Assembly (NCBI GenBank): GCA_034670305.1
Contig: JAXMNT010000026.1
Coordinates: 1-64,000 of the forward strand
DNA: 64,000 nt
Origin: Deltaproteobacteria bacterium
GTDB lineage: Bacteria; Myxococcota_A; Polyangia; Polyangiales; Houyiibacteriaceae
Direction: 5' to 3'
In this document: in pieces, positions 38,586-47,530 of the stretch
How positions within the stretch are numbered: the stretch's first letter is position 1
How the letters are laid out: each line of letters opens with the position of its first letter
Notes under the pieces: generated by a model
The model's database searches: none
Told to the model about the DNA's origin: nothing
The model's input: the letters and a program-made list of their open reading frames with translations, nothing else
Program-made: the position numbers and the translations under genes

Positions 38586-39109
38586 TGGCGCACCTCGGTC
38601 AGCTCGTCCGCCAGATCCAGCGCCCAAAACGGGTCCGTGCAACGACGGTCGGTGAACGCGTCGTAGCACTCGACCTCGAGCGAGAACGCGACCCCGTCTT
38701 CGGTCCACGTGACGGCGCGGATCTGTTCGTTGAGGGTGGTGCGCGCCGGTTGCCCGCGGACTTCTTCGAACGCAGGCACGATGCGCTCGAGTTCCTGCGG
38801 CGAGAGCTCAGCGTGCACGTTGTCGGTCGCGTGGAGCGACACGGTCAGGCCGTCTTCGTGCCAGCTGATGGCGTACCAGCGCGGACCGCTCGTGACGAAC
38901 GACTCGGCCGCGAACCGCTCCGGCAGCACGAGCACCCGCGCCATCGGCGCGCCTTCGAGCGCGGTCCGAGACTGAGAGGACAGCCCGAGCACCTCGGGCG
39001 CGGGCGTCACGGCCCCGAGCGGCTGAGAGACCGAACCCTCCGGGGCTCCCTCACACGCCACCGCCGTCAGCAGCAACGCACTCCACACACACCATTTCCA
39101 GCAAACCAT
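38582..39109 (-). CDS. hypothetical lipoprotein coupled to the M23 gene
   Basis: LTAVAC lipobox; GTGA stop/start overlap with the M23 gene. Confidence 0.7.
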   Translation of the reverse strand: MVCWKWCVWSALLLTAVACEGAPEGSVSQPLGAVTPAPEVLGLSSQSRTALEGAPMARVLVLPERFAAESFVTSGPRWYAISWHEDGLTVSLHATDNVHAELSPQELERIVPAFEEVRGQPARTTLNEQIRAVTWTEDGVAFSLEVECYDAFTDRRCTDPFWALDLADELTEVRQ

Positions 39110-39259
39110 GGGCGGAACATCGCAATCTCCACGCCAGGTTCTAGTGAGCTGGAATCATTGATGTTTTTGGCGCGCCCGACCGGCTGCGTCAGGGATCGAG
39201 CCGCGATGTCACGGGCCGGCGTTCAGAAGCTGAGCGGAGGCGGCCGCGCTCGTTTGCGT

Positions 39260-40222
39260 TCAGCAGCAGCCGTCGCCGGGGTAGTGCCAGGTCGACGCGG
39301 TGACGTGGACGTCGGGCATCGGGGTCAGGGCCGCGGCGGTCTTGTCGCAGATGCCGAGCGGCACGTCGCGCAAGAGGAAGTGGCCCTTGCCGTCGTCGAA
39401 GTGCGGCGCCGCGCCGGTGTAGATCGCGACCCGGCCGGTGAAGATGCAGGCTCCGTCGTCCGGGATCGGATCGGCGAACGCGGCCACCTCCACGCTCTCG
39501 AGCCAGAGGTCTTCGTCGAGGCCGTGGCGCGCTTTGTCGAGCATGCGGTAAGGGCGCTTGGATCGCACTTCGACCGTCCCGAAACCAGCGTCGACGATGC
39601 GCGCGAGGTAGTCCTCGAGCGGGAGCGCGCCCGAGAGGCACCACGCACGCAGCTTCGGATCGGACGCGAGGTGCGCGGGCATGGGGCGCGTCGAGACCGG
39701 GTCGCTGAGCACGAGCGCGCCGTGCGGACGCAAGACACGCCGGGTCTCCGAGAGCGCCCTCTGGAGGTCGTCTGGTTCGAAGATGTTGAAGAGGCAGTTC
39801 TGCGCGACCAGATCGACCGACGCGTCGTCGAGCGGCAGCGCCAGCGCGTCGCCTTCACGAAGGTCGACGAACGAAGGGTCGAACCAGTCGTTCACCTTGG
39901 CCGCTTCTTCCAGAAGGGCGCGGGCCACATCGAGCATGGCGACGTTCGTGTCGAGGGCGATCACCGCGCCCGGCCGGCGCAAGAACCAGGCGAGCTGCAG
40001 CGCTTCCATGCCCGCGCCGACCCCGATGTACGCAACCTGGTTCACCCGATCGAGATCGCGCGGGTTCACCGTGCTGCCGCACCCGTAGTTCCGCTCGAGC
40101 ATGGCGTGCGGGACGACGAGCCCCGGCAACTTCCAGACGGGCGACTGAGTACAACACAAGGCCGCGTTGGGCGTCGCCGCCGCATCCGCATACACCTCTT
40201 CGACGACGTCACGATAGTCCAC
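39260..40222 (-). CDS. arsM: arsenite S-adenosylmethionine methyltransferase (cyanobacterial/Bacteroidetes ArsM type)
   Basis: ALCC, NYGCG, YIGVGAGMEALQ, AQNCLFNIF, CLSGA, DGACIFTG, CDKTA, C-terminal CC. Confidence 0.85.
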   Translation of the reverse strand: MDYRDVVEEVYADAAATPNAALCCTQSPVWKLPGLVVPHAMLERNYGCGSTVNPRDLDRVNQVAYIGVGAGMEALQLAWFLRRPGAVIALDTNVAMLDVARALLEEAAKVNDWFDPSFVDLREGDALALPLDDASVDLVAQNCLFNIFEPDDLQRALSETRRVLRPHGALVLSDPVSTRPMPAHLASDPKLRAWCLSGALPLEDYLARIVDAGFGTVEVRSKRPYRMLDKARHGLDEDLWLESVEVAAFADPIPDDGACIFTGRVAIYTGAAPHFDDGKGHFLLRDVPLGICDKTAAALTPMPDVHVTASTWHYPGDGCC

Positions 40223-40263
40223 ACCCCACCCTACGCCCCCCACCCGTCGGCGTTAGCCGACAG

Positions 40264-40657
40264 GGTGCCCGTGCCCGTGCCCGTGCCCTTGCCCTTGCCC
40301 TCGAGTGAAGCCTTCGGCGTCGGCATCGGCTTCGGCATCGGCTTCGGCGTCGCCTTCGGCGTCGGCTTCGGCGTCGCCTTCGGCATCGGCATCGGCTTCG
40401 GCATCGGCGTCGGCTTCGGCGTCGGCATCGGCTTCGGCTTCGGCGTCGGCTTCGGCGTCGGCATCGGCTTCGGCGTCGGCATCGGCGTCGGCTTCGGCGT
40501 CGGCTTCGGCGTCGGCTTCGGCTTCGGCGTCGGCTTCGGCGTCGGCATCGGCGTCGGCTTCCGCTCCGTCCGCTTCCGCCTCCGCCACCGCGTCCGCCAC
40601 CGCCACCGCGTCCACTTCCGCGTCGCTCCCGCTCCCCGCGTCCGCTTCCGCTTCCGA
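40264..40657. repeat. tripartite hexamer array: (GTGCCC/TTGCCC)n, (NTCGGC)n, (NTCCGC)n
   Basis: about 390 bp read directly; abuts the stop of the minus-strand gene at 40658. Confidence 0.95.
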
Positions 40658-41806
40658 CTACCAGGTGATGGTCACGCTGCCCGGTTCGCCTACGTTGCCC
40701 GCGGTGCCGGTGGTCTCTCCGAAGCCGCCGGCCGTGCTGCCCAGCCCGCCGGCCCCGTCGGACGCGGTGCCGAGGAATCCGCCGACCCCGCCCACACCCG
40801 GCACACCACCCGCGCCGCCGGCCGGGGCGAGCGCTCGAATGATGCCTGTCCCCGCCGTGTTCTCCACGGGACCGCCGGCCGCACCGCCGTCTCCGCCGTC
40901 GCCGCCGCGCACCGCGGCAAGTGCCACCACATCGCACGGACGGATGACCAAGGTCGCACCGCCACCGCCACCGCTGCCGCCCGATCCACCCGTCGCCGCT
41001 TGTCGGTCGGGCGTGTTCGTGCCGCCGCCGGTGGTGCCGCCGCTGCCGGGTCCCGCGCCATGTCCGCCCACACCTGCGGGTCCGCCAGGTCCACCGAAGT
41101 ACCCCGCGCCGCTCATGTTCGCGTTGCGGCCCGGCTGTCCGCCGGCGCCACCGTAGCCAGTGCGGATCGTGAGGCGCTCGCCGGGCACCACCGAGACCGT
41201 CTCCGTCGCCGACGGCCGCGCTTCGCCATCGGCGCCGGGGTTGCCGACCACCCGCTGGGCGCCGCCGCGACCGATGCTGTAGCCGCCCCCGCCACCGCCG
41301 CCGCCACCGCCGCCGAACACGGTGATGGTGATCGAACAGACTCCGTCGGGCACGACGAACTCGAGGTCTTCGTTGGCCGGCGCGATCTCGATCGAGCCAG
41401 TAGGCGGGTCGTCGCACACCGGTGCGCCGGCGTCTGGGCTGCAGGTGCTGGCGTCCATCGGCGCGTCGATGCCGCCGTCCAGATCCGCGTCCATCTCCAT
41501 CCCGGCGTCCAGGTCGTCCGCGTCCATGAACCCGCCGTCCATGTCGACCGCGCCGTCCATCTCGACCGACGCGTCGTCGAATGCGCCGTCGGCGACATCG
41601 CTGTCGCGGTCCATGGCGCCGTCCGCCCGCGGTGGCGCGTCGGTGCCCGCGTCCCGGGGGGTCGCGGCGTCGAGGCCGCCATCGACCGTTCCGCCGCCGG
41701 CGTCCACGCCCGCATCCACGCCCCCGCCGGTGTCGTCGTCTCCGCACGCCAACGCGCCGACCAGACACAACACCCACGTCAGCTGAACCAGCTTCGTTCC
41801 TCGCAT
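40658..41806 (-). CDS. lipoprotein with DAG/DGG linker and glycine-rich C-terminal domain
   Basis: GALAC lipobox; [20 protein letters not shown]...VVPGE.LTI..G.GG...GSVTITW. Confidence 0.75.
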   Translation of the reverse strand: MRGTKLVQLTWVLCLVGALACGDDDTGGGVDAGVDAGGGTVDGGLDAATPRDAGTDAPPRADGAMDRDSDVADGAFDDASVEMDGAVDMDGGFMDADDLDAGMEMDADLDGGIDAPMDASTCSPDAGAPVCDDPPTGSIEIAPANEDLEFVVPDGVCSITITVFGGGGGGGGGGGYSIGRGGAQRVVGNPGADGEARPSATETVSVVPGERLTIRTGYGGAGGQPGRNANMSGAGYFGGPGGPAGVGGHGAGPGSGGTTGGGTNTPDRQAATGGSGGSGGGGGATLVIRPCDVVALAAVRGGDGGDGGAAGGPVENTAGTGIIRALAPAGGAGGVPGVGGVGGFLGTASDGAGGLGSTAGGFGETTGTAGNVGEPGSVTITW

Positions 41807-41918
41807 CCTCAACCCCCTACAAGCCAACCCGTCCGGCCTCGTTCCTCTGCGCTGGAGCCCACCGCGGGTGCCGCGTGAGTGTATCAATGAGGCCGGAGGA
41901 TCGCGACCGACCCCCGCC

Positions 41919-44273
41919 CTACTCCTCCGCGGCTGCGCGTTCCTCGCGCGCGCGCCGCTGGGCCTCGATCGCCCAGTACACCGCTTCGGGTGTCGAGGGA
42001 CACGCGACGTCGACGCGTTCCGCGCCGCTTCCGAACGCCGCCACCGCGGCGCGGATCGCTTCGCGTGCGCTGAGCGCGAGCATCAACGGAGGTTCGCCGA
42101 CGGCTTTGCTGCCGCCGATGACCGTCGGTTCGGTCGCCCGCGGCATGAGCTCCACGTGAAACGCCTCCGGGCATTCGCCGAGGGTCGGCAACTTGTACGT
42201 GCTCGCCCCGCGGGTGCCGAGCCGGCCGGTCTTCGCATCCCACACGAGCTCTTCGCGGGTGAGCCAACCGAGGCCTTGCATGAAGCCGCCTTCGACCTGG
42301 CCGCGGTCGACGAGCGGCGAGAGCGAGTCGCCGACGTCGTGCAGAATGTCGACGCGTCGAACGTCGTACTGGCCGGTGAATCCATCGACTTCGACCTCGG
42401 TCACCGCCGCGCCGTACGCGAAGTAGTGGAAGGGTTTGCCGACGCCTTTGGCTTCGTCGTAGTGGATGTTCGGGGTGCGGTAGTAGCCGGTCGCGAAGAG
42501 CCGCACCCGCTGCAGGTACGCGGTCTTGGCGATCTCGCCGAAGGACTTCTTCTCGGACGCGCGCCCGACCGGATGCACGAAGCCGGCGCTGAAGACGATG
42601 TCATGTGCGGCGCATCCGAAGAGCGCACCCGCCACGCCCGCCAGTCGTTCACGGATCGCGTCGCACGCGTCCCGCACCGCCGCGCCGTTGAGATCGGTCC
42701 CGCTCGACGCCGCCGTGGCACTGGTGTTCGGCACCTTGTCGGTGCGGGTCGGCATCATGCGGATCGCCGGAAGGTCCACGCCGAGCGCGTCCGCCGCGAT
42801 CTGCAGCATCTTCGTGTGCAGCCCCTGGCCCATCTCGGTGCCGCCGTGGTTAAGCTGCACCGAGCCATCCGCGTACAGCAGGACGAGCGCGCCCGCCTGG
42901 TTGAAGAACGCGGTGGTGAAAGAGATCCCGAACTTCACCGGCGTGATCGCGAGGCCGCGCTTCTTGTGCGGGTGGATCGCATTGAACGCTTCGATCGCTG
43001 CCAGCCGCGCCTCGAACTCGGACGACTGCGTGAGGCTCTGCCAGATGTCGCGCGCCCGCCCGGCGTCTTTGATCAACATGCCGTAGTGGGCGTGGTCCCC
43101 TTCTTCGATCAGGTTCGCCGCGCGCACGACGTGCGGCGCCAAACCGGTGGCGCGCGCGATGCGGTCCATGATCTCTTCGATCACGACCATGCCCTGCGGG
43201 CCGCCGAATCCGCGGAACGCGGTCTGCGAGGTCTTGTGGGTTTTGCAGACCCGGCCGCGGACCCGCACGCTCGGCAGCTTGTAGGCGTTGTCGACGTGGA
43301 ACATCGCGCGGAAGAGCACCGGCTTGCTCAGGTCGAGGCTCCAGCCGCCGTCGCTGAACAGCTCGATGTCCGCTGCGAGCAAACGGCCGTCCTCCGCGAA
43401 CGCCACGTCGTAGCGGCCGAGGAAGGGATGGCGTTTGCCGGTCATCACCATGTCGCGCTGACGGTCGAGCCGGAGCCGCACGGGCCGCCCGGTCTTCACC
43501 GCGCCGAGCGCGGCCACGCACGCCCAGAGGTTGGCCTGCACTTCTTTGCCGCCGAACGCGCCACCCATCCGGAGCGACTGGCAGGTGACCGCGTGTTTCG
43601 GGACCTCGAGCACGCGCGCCACGATCGCCTGGGTCTCGGTCGGGTGCTGGGTGCTCGCGTGCACCATCACCTGGCCGGACTCGTCCAGGTAGACGAGCGC
43701 CGCCTGCGACTCCAGGTAGAAGTGTTCCTGACCGCCGACGAACACCTCGCCGCTGAGCCGCTCGCCCGCCGAGAGCGCCGCCTGCAAGTTCTCGGCGCCG
43801 TCCGCGAGCCGCTCGATCGTCAGCGCTTCGGTGTGAAAGCTCTCGTGTGCGATCGCGGCTTCGATGCTCAAGATCGGATCGAGCGCTTCGACCTCGACGG
43901 CGACCTTCGCCGCGGCTTGGCGTGCTTCGGGTTCGGATTCGGCGAGCACCCACGCGACGGCCTGTCCATGGAACTGGACGACCGCCGGGAACATGTCTTC
44001 GTCCAGCGTCGCGGCGCCGATGTTGGCATCCGGCGCGTCGTCGCGCGTGAGCACGGTGGCGACGCCGGGCATCGCGAGCGCGGCGGACGCGTCGACCGAC
44101 ACGACCCGCGCGTGGGCGACGTCGACGCACACCGGCCAGGCGTGCAGCACGTTCGCCATGCGGGGTGCGATGTCGTCGGTGTAGAGCGCGGCGCCGGTGA
44201 CGTGCTCGGCGGCGGACTCGTGCGGGATCGCGAGACCCACCTGTCGTTTCTTCGTGATCGCGCCGGAAGTCAT
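41919..44273 (-). CDS. xdhB: xanthine dehydrogenase molybdopterin-binding subunit
   Basis: PHESAAEHVTGAALYTDD, GQEHFYLE, GGAFGGKE, AFRGFGGPQG, GGTEMGQGLHTK, SKAVGEPP; ATGA overlap with xdhA. Confidence 0.95.
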   Translation of the reverse strand: MTSGAITKKRQVGLAIPHESAAEHVTGAALYTDDIAPRMANVLHAWPVCVDVAHARVVSVDASAALAMPGVATVLTRDDAPDANIGAATLDEDMFPAVVQFHGQAVAWVLAESEPEARQAAAKVAVEVEALDPILSIEAAIAHESFHTEALTIERLADGAENLQAALSAGERLSGEVFVGGQEHFYLESQAALVYLDESGQVMVHASTQHPTETQAIVARVLEVPKHAVTCQSLRMGGAFGGKEVQANLWACVAALGAVKTGRPVRLRLDRQRDMVMTGKRHPFLGRYDVAFAEDGRLLAADIELFSDGGWSLDLSKPVLFRAMFHVDNAYKLPSVRVRGRVCKTHKTSQTAFRGFGGPQGMVVIEEIMDRIARATGLAPHVVRAANLIEEGDHAHYGMLIKDAGRARDIWQSLTQSSEFEARLAAIEAFNAIHPHKKRGLAITPVKFGISFTTAFFNQAGALVLLYADGSVQLNHGGTEMGQGLHTKMLQIAADALGVDLPAIRMMPTRTDKVPNTSATAASSGTDLNGAAVRDACDAIRERLAGVAGALFGCAAHDIVFSAGFVHPVGRASEKKSFGEIAKTAYLQRVRLFATGYYRTPNIHYDEAKGVGKPFHYFAYGAAVTEVEVDGFTGQYDVRRVDILHDVGDSLSPLVDRGQVEGGFMQGLGWLTREELVWDAKTGRLGTRGASTYKLPTLGECPEAFHVELMPRATEPTVIGGSKAVGEPPLMLALSAREAIRAAVAAFGSGAERVDVACPSTPEAVYWAIEAQRRAREERAAAEE

Positions 44274-45667
44274 TCTGCCGCCTCCGGATGCGCCTCGTGC
44301 GCGAGTTTGAGGATGAGCTGAGAGACCATCGCGGCGCGGTAGCGCGCGCTGCCTCGGTGGTCGTCGATGGGCGTGAAGGCCGTCTCGAGCAAGGGCACCA
44401 CGTCGGCCAGCGCGCTCGGATCGAGTGGTTTTCCAACCAGCGCGGCCTGCGCCGCGTGCGCGCACATCGGAGTCGCGGCGACCCCGCCGTAGGCGAGCCG
44501 CGCTTTGGTGATCAGACCGCCATCGGTCCAGAGCGCGAAGCCCGCGGCGACGGTCGAGATGTCGTCGAGGATGCGCTTGGACACCTTGAAGAAGCGCTGC
44601 ACGTCCGGGAAGGGTTTGGGCACGATCACCGAGCGCACGATCTCGCCCGGCTCGAGCTGGGTCTTGCGGTAGGCGGAGAAGAACCCGTCGAGCGGCACCG
44701 TCCGCTCGCCGCCTTTGCGCGCCAGCACGAGTGACGCATCGAGCGCGAGGAGCGCCGGTGGTCCATCGCCGATCGGCGACGCGTTCACGAGGTTGCCGCC
44801 GAAGGTCGCGCGGTTGCGAATCAACCTGCTGCTGAAGAGCGGGAAGAGTTCGTCGAGCATCGGAAGGCGGCCGTGCAGCGCTTCTTCCAGGAACGCGAGC
44901 GGCTCCCCGGCACCGAGCACGAGCGCGTCGGCGGTCTCTTCGAAGCCGCGCAGCTCGCCGATCGCGTCCAGCGCGACCAGATGATCGAACCGCCGGTCCA
45001 TCTGGTTGACCTCGACGACCACGTCGGTGCCGCCGCCCACGAGTTTCGCGTCGGGCGATGCCTCGAGCAGATCGAAGAGCTCCGCAAGGGTGGTCGGCCG
45101 ATCGAAGCGCACCCCCGAATGTTCGGTGCGCAGGCTCGGGACCTCGAGCGCGGGCGACGCGAGCCGCTTCTGGTGCGGGTCCGCCTCCGACGGAGTTCGA
45201 AGCGAGACGAGCGCCTCCCGAATCGGGCGGTACCCAGTGCAGCGACAGAGGTTGCCGCCGATGGACTCGAGATCCGGTTCGCCCTCGACGCGGCCGTCCC
45301 GGTAGAACTCCGCGAACATGCTGACGACGAAACCCGGCGTGCAGTAGCCGCACTGCGAACCGCCGCGCTCGACCATCGCCGCCTGCACCGGATGGAGGGC
45401 CGACGGGTCCTTCGCGATGCCTTCGACCGTCACGACCTCTTCGCCATGCACCGATGCGGTGAGCATCAGACACGCGTTCATCGGGACGTAGCGGGTCTTG
45501 CCGTCCGGTCCGGTGCGCACGAGCGCCACCGCGCACGCGCCACACTCGCCTTCGGCGCAGCCTTCTTTGGTGCCGGTCCAGCCGCGGTCGCGGAGGAAGT
45601 GAAGAAGAGGAAGGTGGGGGTCGACGTCTGTCTCGATCGCCTCACCGTTGAGTCGGAACCGGATCAT
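44270..45667 (-). CDS. xdhA: xanthine dehydrogenase small subunit (2x 2Fe-2S plus FAD)
   Basis: GTKEGCAEGECGAC, QCGYCTPG, GNLCRCTGY, GGGTD, IRNRATFGGN, ASPIGD, KVSKR..DDIS. Confidence 0.95.
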   Translation of the reverse strand: MIRFRLNGEAIETDVDPHLPLLHFLRDRGWTGTKEGCAEGECGACAVALVRTGPDGKTRYVPMNACLMLTASVHGEEVVTVEGIAKDPSALHPVQAAMVERGGSQCGYCTPGFVVSMFAEFYRDGRVEGEPDLESIGGNLCRCTGYRPIREALVSLRTPSEADPHQKRLASPALEVPSLRTEHSGVRFDRPTTLAELFDLLEASPDAKLVGGGTDVVVEVNQMDRRFDHLVALDAIGELRGFEETADALVLGAGEPLAFLEEALHGRLPMLDELFPLFSSRLIRNRATFGGNLVNASPIGDGPPALLALDASLVLARKGGERTVPLDGFFSAYRKTQLEPGEIVRSVIVPKPFPDVQRFFKVSKRILDDISTVAAGFALWTDGGLITKARLAYGGVAATPMCAHAAQAALVGKPLDPSALADVVPLLETAFTPIDDHRGSARYRAAMVSQLILKLAHEAHPEAAE

Positions 45668-45861
45668 GGACCGACGACCTTAGCGCAGCCTCGCGATCGG
45701 TCGAAGCCGATTCCTGGTCGGCCTCCCTCGCGCCACGTGCGCTCCACGAACCGTCTCGCGAAGCGCGGTCGCGAACGACGAGACAGTCGACTGCTGATGA
45801 AGTCGCACACGAACCATCTGAGTGCCGTCTGCCGCGCCAGCCGGTGCAGGGCGGCCGAGCG

Positions 45862-47304
45862 TCAGCTGCTCAAGAAGACGTACGCGAGCAGACCGAAGGC
45901 CGCGACCATCACCGGCCAGAGCAGCCAGTAGTAGGTCTCCACCTTCTCGTCGGTGAGACTCAGCCGGCCGACTTCTTCCTCAGGCGCGTCTTCTTCCGCA
46001 TCGGAGTCCAGGGGAGCCGCGGGCGACTGTGGCGCGGCGGCGGGGGCAGCCGATGGGAACGCGGGGGCCGCGGCGAATGCGGGCGCGGACACAGGCTCGG
46101 CCGGGTCAGGCGACGAAACCGCCACGTCCACGACCACGGGTGCTTCGGCCACGCGCGGATCCCTGGGGTTGATCGTTTCGACCACTTCGACGACGGCGCC
46201 GGGCATCTCGGGTGGCGGACCCGGGTCGGTGATCCGCGATTCGACCGGAGGCGAGAACGTCGCGACCGCGGGTTTCGGGGAGGCCGCGGGCGGGCGTTCG
46301 CTCTGCCGCCGCGCCTCTCGAGCCACATCCGTGCCGGGGATGCCCATGATCGTCTTGGCCGCGCGGCGCGGGGGGGCGGGCGAAGCCGGCGGATCCTCGA
46401 AGTGCTCGGGCGGCTTGAAGTCCATGACCGTCGCCCACTCCTGCCGCTTGGAAGCGGTGGGAATCGGGAACGTGCCGGAGGTCTCGATGTGTTTGGCGGC
46501 GATGCGGGAGCGCTGCGCGCCGGTCGTCGCCATCAACACCCGGTCGAGGAAGTCGTCGAGGTTGGCCCAGCGCACGGTCGGAGTGTGGTCGAGCGCCGTC
46601 GCGACGATGTCCACGAGCGCGCGCGGCACGTAGGGTTCGGACGCCAACGAGCGGGCGTCGCCGCGCAACTTGGCGCCCATGCGGTCTTCGGAGGTCGCGC
46701 CGGCGAATGGAAGCTTCTCGGTCAGCAGCGTGAAGAGGACCGACGCGGCACTGAACACATCGGAGCGCGCATCCATCTGGCCGCGCTCGATCGTCTCGGG
46801 CGCACGCGCTTCGACCTGAGAGGTGGCCCCCTCTTTCCAGTCGAGCGGGAGCAATGCGTCGTAGGGCAGGGCGAACGCCCGGCCGGCGTCCGTGAGTACG
46901 ATGGCCTCGATGCCGAGCGGCAGCCCAACCACCCCTTGCTCGGCGAGCGCAGCAATGCCCGAGTAGGCCTCCACGAACATCACGATGCGGTCTCGAACGC
47001 TCTCAGGCATCGCCTCGGAGAACGGCGCTGCAGCTCCGTCGACCCCGTCGAGGACCGCGAACATCACGTCGTCGTACTGCTCGATCGCCCGGAGCGAGAT
47101 CAGGCTCGGGTGCCGCAGCTCCGTGAGCTGTCGCGCCTTGCGCGCCTCGTCGGTGTCCGGTTTGGGCAGCACCTCACACAGGGACACGTTCTCATACGTG
47201 CGGGTGTCGATCGCCGCGCGGTAGATGCCCTGTCCCCACGCCCGTTCGGCGAGCAGGTGGTACGGACCGACCACATCGCCGACGCTCAGACGATCTCTGG
47301 CCAT
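45862..47304 (-). CDS. membrane-anchored Ser/Thr protein kinase-like pseudokinase
   Basis: VGPYHLL, LRHPSLI, APE, DARSDVFS, LLTEKLPF retained; Gly loop, VAIK, HRD and DFG absent; Pro/Ala linker and C-terminal TM. Confidence 0.75.
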   Translation of the reverse strand: MARDRLSVGDVVGPYHLLAERAWGQGIYRAAIDTRTYENVSLCEVLPKPDTDEARKARQLTELRHPSLISLRAIEQYDDVMFAVLDGVDGAAAPFSEAMPESVRDRIVMFVEAYSGIAALAEQGVVGLPLGIEAIVLTDAGRAFALPYDALLPLDWKEGATSQVEARAPETIERGQMDARSDVFSAASVLFTLLTEKLPFAGATSEDRMGAKLRGDARSLASEPYVPRALVDIVATALDHTPTVRWANLDDFLDRVLMATTGAQRSRIAAKHIETSGTFPIPTASKRQEWATVMDFKPPEHFEDPPASPAPPRRAAKTIMGIPGTDVAREARRQSERPPAASPKPAVATFSPPVESRITDPGPPPEMPGAVVEVVETINPRDPRVAEAPVVVDVAVSSPDPAEPVSAPAFAAAPAFPSAAPAAAPQSPAAPLDSDAEEDAPEEEVGRLSLTDEKVETYYWLLWPVMVAAFGLLAYVFLSS

Positions 47305-47530
47305 GGATCCCACACGCATGATTTGAAAAGAGCAGGATTCATGCCGCAAGTCGAAGGCGGAGGATCACCCCGCAGATCGCGGCCGTCCAGTCCTTCATTG
47401 GGGTTTCTGGTCCCCGGATGGAAAGCATTGCGTGGTCGGTTGGTGGCGACTGCCCTAGCCACCCCATTCCAAGTGGTTTTCAACGTGACTCTGGGATGCG
47501 TGACCACAAGCCCCATGGTAGATCGTTCAG

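Noticed and set aside
41919-45545. 1208-aa ORF as an XdhA-XdhB fusion
   Set aside because: The upstream part is an off-frame overlap of xdhA; xdhB starts at 44273 via an ATGA overlap
47305-47530. LacI-type operator in the AT-richer gap before the amylase
   Set aside because: Only a weak half-site (GGAAAGC), no convincing palindrome, and no regulator in the window
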